A stretch of 64,000 nucleotides of DNA from NCBI GenBank assembly GCA_027345565.1, contig DAHWIF010000005.1, positions 1 through 64,000 on the forward strand, in the 5' to 3' direction. Of the stretch, positions 1 to 9,130 are shown one piece after another. How positions within the stretch are numbered: the first letter of the stretch is position 1; each line of letters begins with the position of its first letter. The notes under the pieces were generated by a model, which saw only the letters and a list, made by a program, of their open reading frames with translations, made no database searches and was not told the origin of the DNA. The position numbers and the translations under genes were made by a program. The stretch is from Candidatus Micrarchaeota archaeon (lineage in GTDB: Archaea > Micrarchaeota > Micrarchaeia > Micrarchaeales > Micrarchaeaceae).

Positions 1-120
1 AGATGGGCGAAGAGAGAGGAACGGCTCACGGCATCAGATACTGCATCAACTGATGGGCCGCTAGCCTAGCTGGCAAATTGCAAAAACCGCAGAAACAGGC
101 GCTGCCGCAGGCTTTGGAGT

Positions 121-786
121 CTACTTCCTTTTCGCGTCTACAGTAATCATGTGGAACTCGTTCTCGTAGCCGAGCGCTGCCTTGAATGCATCAGGCTCCA
201 TAGTGACGGTGCTGTCGGAATACGGGTCATTTATGTAGAAGGTGTCCTTGTCATAGCCCTTGACAACCACCCAGTGCGGAGATGATTCCAGATACGGGTT
301 TATCGCATTCGCATTTACGAGCACGATAGGTATCTTGCGGCTGTTAAGCGCCTTCTTTACCGTCCCAACATTGGCGCCGCCGTGGCTCTCCTTTATGTTC
401 ATGCTGCGCGCCTTGTCGCGTATCTCTCTGAATGACGCAGAGAGCGCATCGAGGTTCACGCCCTCGTACACCGCTAGCTTCTTCTCATAACCCTCGTCCT
501 TCACGTTGCTTGTTATCTGCGGCTTCGCGCCCCTCTTTGCAAGCGCATACGCAAGGCCGTACCTAGAGCCGTGCCAGACGCTGCCATTTACTGCCTGCTG
601 CCATATCTCGAACTCGTTCTCCTTCTTTAGCTGCGTCCTCTTGTTGACGTATTTGAGCACCATGAGCGCGCACGCGGCTGAGCTCGTGAACTGCTCAGTC
701 TGCGCGTAATTCGGTATATCGAACATCTTGGCGCCGCTAGACCTGCGTGCGCTTTTCCTGCTTTTGTGCCCGCTTTTCTTCGCCAT
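121..786 (-). CDS. Peptidase C39-like (DUF3335-type) papain-fold protein
   Basis: YAQTEQFTSSAAC...SSPHWVVVKGYD...INDP motifs. Start trimmed to MAKKSGHK because the longer ORF overlaps tRNA-Leu. Confidence 0.65.
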   Translation of the reverse strand: MAKKSGHKSRKSARRSSGAKMFDIPNYAQTEQFTSSAACALMVLKYVNKRTQLKKENEFEIWQQAVNGSVWHGSRYGLAYALAKRGAKPQITSNVKDEGYEKKLAVYEGVNLDALSASFREIRDKARSMNIKESHGGANVGTVKKALNSRKIPIVLVNANAINPYLESSPHWVVVKGYDKDTFYINDPYSDSTVTMEPDAFKAALGYENEFHMITVDAKRK

Positions 787-808
787 CGCTATCATGCCAT
801 AAAATATA

Positions 809-906
809 TGCAGGGAGGGAGATTTGTTCACGTGTTTTGAACTCCCGCAGGCCTAAGCCAACGGATCTTGAGTCCGCCGCGTTTGACCGAGCTCCGCCAT
901 CCCTGC
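809..906 (-). tRNA. tRNA-Leu(CAA) with 13-nt intron in the T-loop
   Basis: Acceptor GCAGGGA/TCCCTGC-A, anticodon arm GCGGA-CTCAAGA-TCCGT, long variable arm, T-arm GGGAG-TTCAA[AACACGTGAACAA]AT-CTCCC. Confidence 0.92.
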
Positions 907-1139
907 ACTCTCCATTTTTGTCGATTATAGATATAATTGTTTGCTTGCAATCGTTCTCCGTTGGTCGCAACAGATGAGATTACAATGACCTGATATATAT
1001 ACTTTATTATGCGGAAATGTGCCTCATTTATAAGCTTTTCGGTAGTTTTGAGCTCAGTTCCGCCCTAGTGGAACCAGTTAGTGCAATATTGCGCAGCAAA
1101 GTTAAAAATGAGCGCTGGATATTAGTAACAGGTGAATAA

Positions 1140-2663
1140 GTGAGTGAGGCGAAGGTCGGGAAGCTGTACATAGTCGGGATAGACTCTGCGCCGCTCTGGA
1201 TACTGAAAGATCACTATAAGAGGCATCGGCTCGACGGTTTTTCGAAGTTAATAAAGGATGGCGTTCTGACAAACCTGGAGTCAACAATACCGCCGATGAC
1301 TGGGCCGTCATGGCCTAGCATCTATACCGGGGTCAGGCCAGGCGAGCATGGCGTGCCTGAGTTCTTCAGGCTGGAATCATCGTATACGAAGACGCTGGTG
1401 TACTACGACCCCAAGATAAAGGAACCTTTCTGGGAGAAGCTCGCGAGAAGGGGACTTCGAAGCCTTGTGGTCACCCCTGCTATGCTGGTCAGGCCATCTG
1501 AGAGCAAGAACGTCGATATGATAACCGGATATCCGCTGCCTGCGAAGTTCAGCTCGAAAAAGGTGAAGGATGTTGCAGGCAGGCATGGATTCACTGGAGA
1601 GCCGGAGCTGGAGGGCAAGATGAGGAGCGGCGAGCTCCCGCTAAAGGAATGCTCTGACGGGTACCTGGAGGGCATAGAGGCGCGCAGCGCGGTCAGCAAG
1701 GACCTGATAGAGGAGAACGACTACGACCTCGCGTTCATATGCTTCACGGAGCAGGATAGGGTGCAGCACTTTTCGCTCAATCTTCCCGAATGGAGGGATT
1801 ACGTGATGCAGCTTTATGAAGGAATATCTGATTTCCTCACCTGGGTGGAGAGGCGCGCCGAACGCGAGGGAGCGACTGTGATGGTCGTGTCGGACCACGG
1901 CGCGCAGCCTGTGAAGGAGAAATTCCTGATCAACGGATGGCTGATCAACAACCGGTTTGCCGAGCTGAAGCAGCACATAACCGACGAGGGTGCGACGAGC
2001 TCGCTGAAGTACAGCCTTAGGGAGAAGATGATATCGAGCAGCATGCGCAAGAAGATCTACTACAAACTGCCGAAATCCGTCAGGGAGACAGTGAAGAGCA
2101 CATTCGAGAAGAGCCTTGCCGGGACATCTGTGGGGGACCTTACGCTGATACACGATTTCGATTATGAGATGAAAGGCACCAAGGCTTTCGCAAGCCTCTC
2201 GAAATGCCCGATGACCATGATATTCATAAACGACGAGAGGTTCGACAGCCCAACCGTTAAGAACAGCGAGAAGGGGCCTCTGAAGAGGAAGCTCATGAGC
2301 AGCCTCAGGAAGATAAGGGACGAAAAGGGCAGGCCGCTCGTGACAAGGGTGCTTGACGCAGACGACTACTACGAGGGCACGAAGCTCTTCATAGCTCCAG
2401 ACATAATCGTCGAGATAAAGGAGGGGTACATACTCGACCCTGGGAGCTACCTGAAGAGCGGAAAGCTCTTCGCGGAACCGGAGGTGGCGAAGCGCGGCGA
2501 CCACCTGCAGCAAGGCATATTCGGTGCGATAAGCTACGGGCGCAAGCTGGACTACAGGGCGATAGCGAAGAAGCACCTCTATGTGTACAACATAGAGCCC
2601 ACGGTGATGCACTACTTCGGATACCCGCCGGAGAACGACAAGCGCTACAAATACATATTTTAG
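1140..2663 (+). CDS. Alkaline phosphatase superfamily nucleotide pyrophosphatase/phosphodiesterase
   Basis: IVGIDSA, STIPPMTGPSWPSIYTG, DRVQH, VVSDHG and GDH motifs. Confidence 0.85.
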   Translation: MSEAKVGKLYIVGIDSAPLWILKDHYKRHRLDGFSKLIKDGVLTNLESTIPPMTGPSWPSIYTGVRPGEHGVPEFFRLESSYTKTLVYYDPKIKEPFWEKLARRGLRSLVVTPAMLVRPSESKNVDMITGYPLPAKFSSKKVKDVAGRHGFTGEPELEGKMRSGELPLKECSDGYLEGIEARSAVSKDLIEENDYDLAFICFTEQDRVQHFSLNLPEWRDYVMQLYEGISDFLTWVERRAEREGATVMVVSDHGAQPVKEKFLINGWLINNRFAELKQHITDEGATSSLKYSLREKMISSSMRKKIYYKLPKSVRETVKSTFEKSLAGTSVGDLTLIHDFDYEMKGTKAFASLSKCPMTMIFINDERFDSPTVKNSEKGPLKRKLMSSLRKIRDEKGRPLVTRVLDADDYYEGTKLFIAPDIIVEIKEGYILDPGSYLKSGKLFAEPEVAKRGDHLQQGIFGAISYGRKLDYRAIAKKHLYVYNIEPTVMHYFGYPPENDKRYKYIF

Positions 2664-2670
2664 TGAATCG

Positions 2671-3930
2671 ATGAAGGTGCTCATAGTAGATACGAGCGGA
2701 AAAGAGGGAATCACACTGGGCGGCGCTTCCAGGGTCGCAGCCAACCTTTTCAACGAGCTTAAGCGGCGCGGCATAGTTACGTATTACATGGGTTATCGCA
2801 ACAGAATGATAAGCGAGAGTCCAATGGCTTTCGTACTAAGGGGCGGAAGCGCGCAAGCGACTGCAAGGGAGATGGCGCGCTCCGGTGCGTTGAACAAACT
2901 CGCTGAGAGCAGGTTTGCGAGATCAATGTACTATCTTGCGCATTCTGCTTTCGGCGTGGCGCTTGGAAGCGCAGCCAGCTGGGTCGAACAGGTCAAGCCT
3001 GATATAGTTGTGGCGAGCTCTATCCAGGACTACATAACTCTAAAGAAACTGAGATGGCACCTGGGCGGCGCAAAGCTTGTGTACATAGAGCATGCGAACG
3101 CATCGGGCAGCTACAAGGGCGCGCTGGATTACAATATAATGAGTCTTACGTTCGGCACCGGCAGGTATGCGGGACTGGAAGGCGCACGGCAAAGGTTCTT
3201 CTCGTTCTTCGACTCCATAATCGCGCTCAACGCAGAGCAGTACAGGAACATATCGCGATACAACAGGGACGTCATCGTAATACACAGCGGGGCGAACATA
3301 GAGCTTAGGAGGCCCTCCGCCGCGCAGGTGGCGGCTGCGAGGAGGAGCGCAGGTGTAACGCCGCGCGACAGGGTCGTAATGTATCTTGGCAGGCTGCAGG
3401 ATGCACAAAAGAACGTTAGCGCGCTGATACTGGCATTCAGGGCCATAAGGTCCGACTCGATGAAGCTGCTGGTGATAGGGAACGGCAAGTCAGAATCCCT
3501 TTATAAGGATATGTCGAAGGACGACCAGCGCATAAGGATCATCCCAGGCGGCATGCCCGATGCGGAGATAGCCGCATATTATTCGATAGCGGACCTGTAC
3601 GTGCTCCCGTCCCTGTGGGAATCGTTCAATGCCACGATAATAGAGGCTGCGCACTTCGGCGCAGGGCTGCTCCTCTCTTCAAAGGCGGTGAACGAGGACA
3701 TGAGGGACAGGTTCGGCAGCGCGCTCTACACATTCGAGCCTGATAACGTGAGCGAGCTGAAGAGGAAGATAGAGAGGTACTTCTCAGATAGCGCGCTAAG
3801 AGCGAGGCTTAGGGGGCTCTCCAGAGAGATAGACGCTGAATACAGCAGGAAGAGGCAGATGGACGCCTATGCGGGTGCGCTGGAGAGGCTGCACACGACC
3901 GGAAGGATAGCCGGCCAGTCTACTTCCTGA
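2671..3930 (+). CDS. GT4 (GT-B) glycosyltransferase
   Basis: YLGRL...KNV and YVLPSLWESFNATIIEA motifs. Confidence 0.85.
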   Translation: MKVLIVDTSGKEGITLGGASRVAANLFNELKRRGIVTYYMGYRNRMISESPMAFVLRGGSAQATAREMARSGALNKLAESRFARSMYYLAHSAFGVALGSAASWVEQVKPDIVVASSIQDYITLKKLRWHLGGAKLVYIEHANASGSYKGALDYNIMSLTFGTGRYAGLEGARQRFFSFFDSIIALNAEQYRNISRYNRDVIVIHSGANIELRRPSAAQVAAARRSAGVTPRDRVVMYLGRLQDAQKNVSALILAFRAIRSDSMKLLVIGNGKSESLYKDMSKDDQRIRIIPGGMPDAEIAAYYSIADLYVLPSLWESFNATIIEAAHFGAGLLLSSKAVNEDMRDRFGSALYTFEPDNVSELKRKIERYFSDSALRARLRGLSREIDAEYSRKRQMDAYAGALERLHTTGRIAGQSTS

Positions 3931-4975
3931 AGGCCTCGATCAGGCCGCCCATCCGCAAGAGCTCCTTCCTGACCGGCGCGATGATTCTGTCGAGAGATGC
4001 CGCTACCGCAGATTTCAGGTCCGCGGGGTGGAGCTTCCCCGATGAGAAATCCGCTTCAAGCTCATGGTACGAAGAATAGGTGCGGTCGCCGCCGTGCTCC
4101 CTCTTCCGCTCAACCGCCAGCTTGCCTTCTATAGGCAGTATCGCGTACCTGCAGAGGAGGAGTACCGGGTTGCCCTCGACAACCCTGGCTTCGCACCATG
4201 CGCCGTTTATCGTCCTCCCTATCTCCTCAGCCGTAGATACTACTGAGATGGACGAACCAGGTTTGGATTTGCTCATCTTCATATCCGCAACCTTCTCCTC
4301 CTTGCTCTCCCCCTCCCTGAACTTGAGCTGCGATGTCATGGCAGGCATCAGGTGGTGGTGCAGAGGGACGATGCTCCCGAATCCAAGATCCTTGAACAGC
4401 TCCTTCGCAAGGACATGGACCCTGCGCTGGTCCATTCCTGCGTGGGGTATGTCAACCCCAAGCGTGTGTATGTCGATCGCCTGCATTATCGGGTAGATAT
4501 ACTGCGATACGTGGAGCGTATCAGTCTGGCTCCTCCCCTCTATTATGAGCGTTCTGGTGGCGCGCGCCATCGTCGTCCTTACAGCTGCATTCATCAGCTC
4601 CTTCCAGTATTCATCATTGTTATGGTAAAGGTCTGAGCCTAGCACCACCTCTGTCCCAGGGCAGAAGACGTTGAACATTTTCCTGTAAAAATCGGAAGCC
4701 TTCCTTATCCTATCCCAATCAGAATCCATCTTCATGTTAGCTACGGTATGCCAGTCCGCAAGCAGTATCTGCGTCTTGGCGCCTATTCTCCGTAGGTCGT
4801 TTATTTTTTTGCCGCCGAAAAGCAGGTGCCCTATGTGCGGCATGCCGCTTATTTCCAGGCCGAGATAGTGCACTGGGTGTTCTTTCGCCTCTAGGAGCGA
4901 CCTGAGCTCATCCTCAGTTATCGCCTCCTCGAAAGGTTCGGATTTGACTATCTCAAGCTTCGTCTCTATGTCCAT
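3920..4975 (-). CDS. tyrS: Tyrosine--tRNA ligase (archaeal type)
   Basis: PHIGH, YPIMQAID, AGMDQR, KMSKS and LHPADLK motifs; start MDIETK. Confidence 0.95.
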   Translation of the reverse strand: MDIETKLEIVKSEPFEEAITEDELRSLLEAKEHPVHYLGLEISGMPHIGHLLFGGKKINDLRRIGAKTQILLADWHTVANMKMDSDWDRIRKASDFYRKMFNVFCPGTEVVLGSDLYHNNDEYWKELMNAAVRTTMARATRTLIIEGRSQTDTLHVSQYIYPIMQAIDIHTLGVDIPHAGMDQRRVHVLAKELFKDLGFGSIVPLHHHLMPAMTSQLKFREGESKEEKVADMKMSKSKPGSSISVVSTAEEIGRTINGAWCEARVVEGNPVLLLCRYAILPIEGKLAVERKREHGGDRTYSSYHELEADFSSGKLHPADLKSAVAASLDRIIAPVRKELLRMGGLIEAFRK

Positions 4976-5124
4976 GCGAGCACAATGTGCTATTGGGACG
5001 GAATGCCCTTTTATTCCTTCTGTTTGACAAACGTCCATCACTAATAAACATTTAAGTATCTCCTAAGCCATAAGTATACTACGGGTTGCAGGGTGGGGAG
5101 ACGAGACAAAAACAAAACGTTAGC

Positions 5125-5601
5125 ATGCAGCGTATGCCAAGGAGCGAGCAGGTTCTGGGTGCAAGCAAATACGAGGCGATAGAGGCGATACTCAGCGACA
5201 TATGCGCCGTGTCAGACAAGATAATAATGAGGAACCTCTCCAAGGTGCTGAAGGACAAGGAGGTCGACGAGCTGATAAGAGACGGGATAATGCCGTACAT
5301 CTACGCCGCCGGGTTCCTGAGCTTCTCCGGCAGGGATATAAACCAGGACAACCTGGCGAGGATGATCAGGTCGATAGGGCTAATTCCTGACGGCCGGATA
5401 ATAATCCTGTTCCTCAATTCTGGGGTGAGGAGCCACCTGATATACCTCTATTCGTTCTATTTCCTGCTTGCGAACGGCGTGGAGCCGAGCAGAGAGAAGA
5501 TTGCCGCCGTAGTCGGATCTTTGGGAATGGATGTAGATCCGATTGCGCTGGACGATGTACTGGGTTTCCTGAGAAGGAACGATGAGTTCACGCATGTCTG
5601 A
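5125..5601 (+). CDS. Protein of tandem ribosomal P1/L12 N-terminal-domain-like repeats, no acidic tail
   Basis: MPYIYAAGFLSFSGRDINQDNL and LIYLYSFYFLLANGVEPSREKI both match the aP1 pattern MxYxYAALLLHxxGKEINEENL. Confidence 0.6.
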   Translation: MQRMPRSEQVLGASKYEAIEAILSDICAVSDKIIMRNLSKVLKDKEVDELIRDGIMPYIYAAGFLSFSGRDINQDNLARMIRSIGLIPDGRIIILFLNSGVRSHLIYLYSFYFLLANGVEPSREKIAAVVGSLGMDVDPIALDDVLGFLRRNDEFTHV

Positions 5602-5608
5602 CCAAGAA

Positions 5609-5703
5609 AGCCCAAAGAGGGATTTGAACCCTCGACCTCCTGCTTTAGAGTCCTGATTGTCCAGAAGTACCATGCAGGCGCTCTGCCACTGAGCTACTTG
5701 GGC
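5609..5703 (-). tRNA. tRNA-Thr(GGT) with 23-nt intron at 37/38
   Basis: GCCCAAG/TTTGGGC-T acceptor; CCTGC-ATGGTA[intron]A-GCAGG; GAGGG-TTCAAAT-CCCTC. Confidence 0.9.
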
Positions 5704-5713
5704 AATATCGCAA

Positions 5714-6040
5714 TCACATTCTGTAGACAACGCTGCCGCGCGCGACCTTCCTGTCAGTTTTTATGCCTACGGAATCGCCGGAAGACGCCTCACTCACATC
5801 CCTTCTATCTATCTGCATGCTGTCCACTCTCTGGCGTACCGTATCGGTACCGCTCACGATCTCAATCGTGTCGCCGACCTTGAGGCTTCCGGTGAGGACT
5901 ATCGCAGCCACCCCCACCTTGTCGAAGAAGTGGTCCACCTTCCCAATGCTCACCCTGTTGGAGCTCTCCGCGCTGCTGCTTGCCCTCTCGCGCTCGTCAA
6001 GGTTGCTCATTGCATCCTCGAGCCCTTCGTTCTTTGCCAT
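5714..6040 (-). CDS. Stand-alone EF-Tu domain II-like (U32 C-terminal-like) beta-barrel protein
   Basis: IGKVDHFFDKVGVAAI..LKVGDTI..VDSMQID..GDSVGIK. Confidence 0.7.
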   Translation of the reverse strand: MAKNEGLEDAMSNLDERERASSSAESSNRVSIGKVDHFFDKVGVAAIVLTGSLKVGDTIEIVSGTDTVRQRVDSMQIDRRDVSEASSGDSVGIKTDRKVARGSVVYRM

Positions 6041-6075
6041 GCAGCATACTCTCAAGAAAACTATATAGAGCTTAT

Positions 6076-7554
6076 CTATGGAACGTCGGCGAGGGAGCCG
6101 AAGCTTGCCGAAGGCTCAACTCCGTTCGGCGGGTAGTCACGGGTGCGGAGCCACTGGATTTTTTGCGTTGCTGGAGAGTAAGCAGCAGCAAAAACGTATG
6201 AAGCTGAAGATATGAATGTAGAGGATCCAGAGACCACACTTGCATAATTCTGAAGCTGTGCGACACCAGAATGTGTGAATACTGCGCTGTAAACGTTGTA
6301 GCCTGAATCCGATGCTGTGGGCAAAGTTCCGCTGGCTATCGTGGTTTGTGCCGAGCTTGTTCCTGTTTGTATATATGCGCTTGTATAGCTTGAGCTATCT
6401 GCCTGGTAATATTGATAGCTGTTGTAGTATGGATATGTAGAGAATGAAGTGCTTGTGCTGAAACCTATCATTGCTGCCTGTTCAGTGGTTACAGTTTCGT
6501 AAGCATCAAGTATTATTGGAGGCGTTGCAGTTATAGCTCCTGACGCTACACCGCCCCAACCAGAGCTCGAGGTCAATGTTAAACCGTCATTTACGCTTCC
6601 ATCATAACTGCCTGCAGAAGTCCAGCCAGTCGGCAAACTCGTCCCAGCAAAGTTCCAGTAGTTGTTGAACACATTTGCTCCGTTGTCGTACTCTGCATAG
6701 GCGGGGCTGAGCTGCGGCGCCTCGCCGGCATGCACCCCATCGTAGTTCACGCTCATGGGCAGGAAATACACCTGCAGGTTGATTGCGCTGTCCGCAGGTA
6801 TGGATCTGTCAAGCTTGACAAAGAAAATGGTGTTCGAGCTTGTGTTGCTGCAGCCGCTCTCGCACCAGCTGTACAGCTCCCTCGCCCCGTCATAGAACCT
6901 TATGTTGCCAAGATTGCCGCTCCCGTGCGCCGCGTAGCTGCTTGACTGGAATGAGATCGGCACCTGGAGCCCAGGCGCTGACTGAACTATCTGGTTGTTT
7001 GTTATCGTGAGAGGCAGGTAAACAGCGATGGTGTTAGCGCCTATCTGCAAGGAGGATGCCTGGACCTGCATGTTGCCCTTGTAAGAGTAGTTGCTGCTCG
7101 CTGCGCAACTGTAGCTGTATAGCTGAGTGCCTTGCGGGCAGTAGTTGGCCGATATGTTGAACGATCCGGTATAAAGCGTTCCGGGAACTATCGCAGAGCT
7201 GAAGTCAGCAGTGCAGTATATGCTCTGTCCGGCAGTCGCCACGTTAGGCGTGCACTGCCCCGACGTGCTTGCGGCGGAGCCTATCAGCGCGTTGAACGAG
7301 CTCACGTTGACTATGCCGGGCTGAGTGTCCGTGGCTATAAGCATGAGCTGCGACGCAACCGAATTGCTGCCCGTGTTGGAGGTATATGACACGAAGCTGC
7401 AGGTGAAGCCTCCGAAGAAGCTGCATTGCGCAGGCACCAATGACCTTCCGGCGTTCGCGAATATGATGACGAATGCGATGGCAACCGTTATTATTGTTAT
7501 GGCTATCGAATACGTGAAAACGAACTCCATTGCGTTCTGCGCTTTCATTGCCAT
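6076..7554 (-). CDS. Class III signal-peptide (pilin-like) surface protein with DUF2341-like domain
   Basis: MAMKAQNAMEF followed by a hydrophobic helix; NIRFY..LYSWCESG; GEAPQLS..YDNG; PPNGVEPS. Confidence 0.75.
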   Translation of the reverse strand: MAMKAQNAMEFVFTYSIAITIITVAIAFVIIFANAGRSLVPAQCSFFGGFTCSFVSYTSNTGSNSVASQLMLIATDTQPGIVNVSSFNALIGSAASTSGQCTPNVATAGQSIYCTADFSSAIVPGTLYTGSFNISANYCPQGTQLYSYSCAASSNYSYKGNMQVQASSLQIGANTIAVYLPLTITNNQIVQSAPGLQVPISFQSSSYAAHGSGNLGNIRFYDGARELYSWCESGCSNTSSNTIFFVKLDRSIPADSAINLQVYFLPMSVNYDGVHAGEAPQLSPAYAEYDNGANVFNNYWNFAGTSLPTGWTSAGSYDGSVNDGLTLTSSSGWGGVASGAITATPPIILDAYETVTTEQAAMIGFSTSTSFSTYPYYNSYQYYQADSSSYTSAYIQTGTSSAQTTIASGTLPTASDSGYNVYSAVFTHSGVAQLQNYASVVSGSSTFISSASYVFAAAYSPATQKIQWLRTRDYPPNGVEPSASFGSLADVP

Positions 7555-7604
7555 GGTCTGACTGCTCAATGCAGATTTAAATAACATGAAGAAAAAGCTC
7601 GTTC

Positions 7605-8396
7605 ATGGACGAAGCCCAGTACAGGGGCGTTATAGACTCGATAGGCGCAAGGAAGAGGCTTGGGCAGAACTTCCTCATAAAGAGGCATGTGGCCGTAGCA
7701 GAGGCCGACTACTGCCGAGGCAAGGACGTGATAGAGCTGGGGGCAGGCCTCGGCGTGCTGACAGAGGAGCTGTGCAGGGTCGCCAGGCGCGTCACCTCGG
7801 TAGAGGTGGATATGAGGCTATACCGCTTCCTGGTTTCAGGCCTGAAGTGCGGCAACTGCACGATACTCAACGATGATTTTTTTAGTATGAAAAAATACCC
7901 TCACGCGGACATGATGGCATCGAACGTACCGTACAGCCTTTCCAGCAGGACCCTGATGTGGCTTGCTGGCAAGAGGATGCCTGCCGTGCTCTGCCTTCAG
8001 AGGGAATTCGCCGAGCGCATGGTCGCTGAGCCAGGCAGCGGCGGCTATTCCAGGCTCAGCGTATTCTGCTCCCTGCAGTTCGAGGTAGAGCTCGGCATGA
8101 GGGTGCCCGCGAATTCCTTCTACCCTGTGCCAAAGGTGGATTCAATGGTAGTTGTGATGAAGCCGAAGAGGGCAATGGCGAACGCGAGCGAGCTGAATAT
8201 CATATCGCTGATGATGGAGCACAAGAGCAAGAAGGTAAGGAACGCGATAGAGGATTCATCCAGGTATCTTAAGCTATCGAAAGACAAGGCTAGGAGAATC
8301 GCAGACAGCCTGGAGCATAGCTCAGAGAGGGTCGAAAAGCTTTGGCCGGATGAGCTGGTAGCAGTAGCCAGAGAGCTTCTCAGCTCACTGGAATGA
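7605..8396 (+). CDS. rsmA: 16S rRNA m6,2A dimethyltransferase KsgA/Dim1
   Basis: LGQNFL, ELGAGLG, SNVPY, QREFAERM and FYPVPKVDS motifs. Confidence 0.93.
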   Translation: MDEAQYRGVIDSIGARKRLGQNFLIKRHVAVAEADYCRGKDVIELGAGLGVLTEELCRVARRVTSVEVDMRLYRFLVSGLKCGNCTILNDDFFSMKKYPHADMMASNVPYSLSSRTLMWLAGKRMPAVLCLQREFAERMVAEPGSGGYSRLSVFCSLQFEVELGMRVPANSFYPVPKVDSMVVVMKPKRAMANASELNIISLMMEHKSKKVRNAIEDSSRYLKLSKDKARRIADSLEHSSERVEKLWPDELVAVARELLSSLE

Positions 8397-9053
8397 GTAT
8401 GTCGGTTCAGCTATCTCCTTCATTATGAGCGCGCTCTTCAGCCCGTTCTTGAACTTCTCCTCTGCTATCATCGAACCCTGCCTGCCGAGAAGGTTCTTGT
8501 AGTGCATCGGCACTGTCGACTTCGCGTTTATCTCCCTGCCCGCGTCTATCGCCTCATCTACGCTCATCACATAGGTCCCGCCTATGGGGAGCAGCGCCGC
8601 GTCAAGGCCTTTGAGATCCCTCATCTCCTTTATGAAATCCGTATCCCCAGCATGGTAGATCCTTGTCCCGTTTATATCGAGCACATAGCCGACCCAGTTG
8701 TTCGCCTTGGGGTGGTAGTTCAACCGCTCCTCGACTATGTTGTATGCTGGCACAGCTTCGATGCGTATGCCCTTGAAATCGTACCTGAAGCCCGGCTTCG
8801 ATGTTATCACGTCCTTGTAGCCTTTCTCCTCCAGGCAGCCCTGCGAGGATATCATGACAGTGTCCTTCTTCACCACCTTCTCTATGTCGTCCTTGTTGCA
8901 GTGGTCGAAATGCGCATGCGTTATCAGCAGCAGGTCCGCCTTCTCCTTTAGCTGGGTAGGCACCCTGAACGGGTCTATGAATATGTTAAGGCCATTTGCC
9001 TTTACGTAGAAGCAAGCGTGCCCCACCCAGAACAGTATGTCGCCAAGCTCCAT
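8385..9053 (-). CDS. Metallo-beta-lactamase-fold hydrolase (UlaG-like)
   Basis: GHACF, IDPF, THAHFDH, YHAGDT and PMHY motifs. Confidence 0.88.
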   Translation of the reverse strand: MELGDILFWVGHACFYVKANGLNIFIDPFRVPTQLKEKADLLLITHAHFDHCNKDDIEKVVKKDTVMISSQGCLEEKGYKDVITSKPGFRYDFKGIRIEAVPAYNIVEERLNYHPKANNWVGYVLDINGTRIYHAGDTDFIKEMRDLKGLDAALLPIGGTYVMSVDEAIDAGREINAKSTVPMHYKNLLGRQGSMIAEEKFKNGLKSALIMKEIAEPTYSFQ

Positions 9054-9130
9054 CCAATCCCCGAATCAGCTATTCGGAGGAAAAGTATTAAAATATAGTT
9101 CAGCGTTGTTTTGTCAGAGCAGTGGGTCGC

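Noticed and set aside
1056-1075. ORB-like replication origin motif (GTTCC...GTGGAAC)
   Set aside because: Single weak copy, no G-string and no adjacent cdc6/orc1
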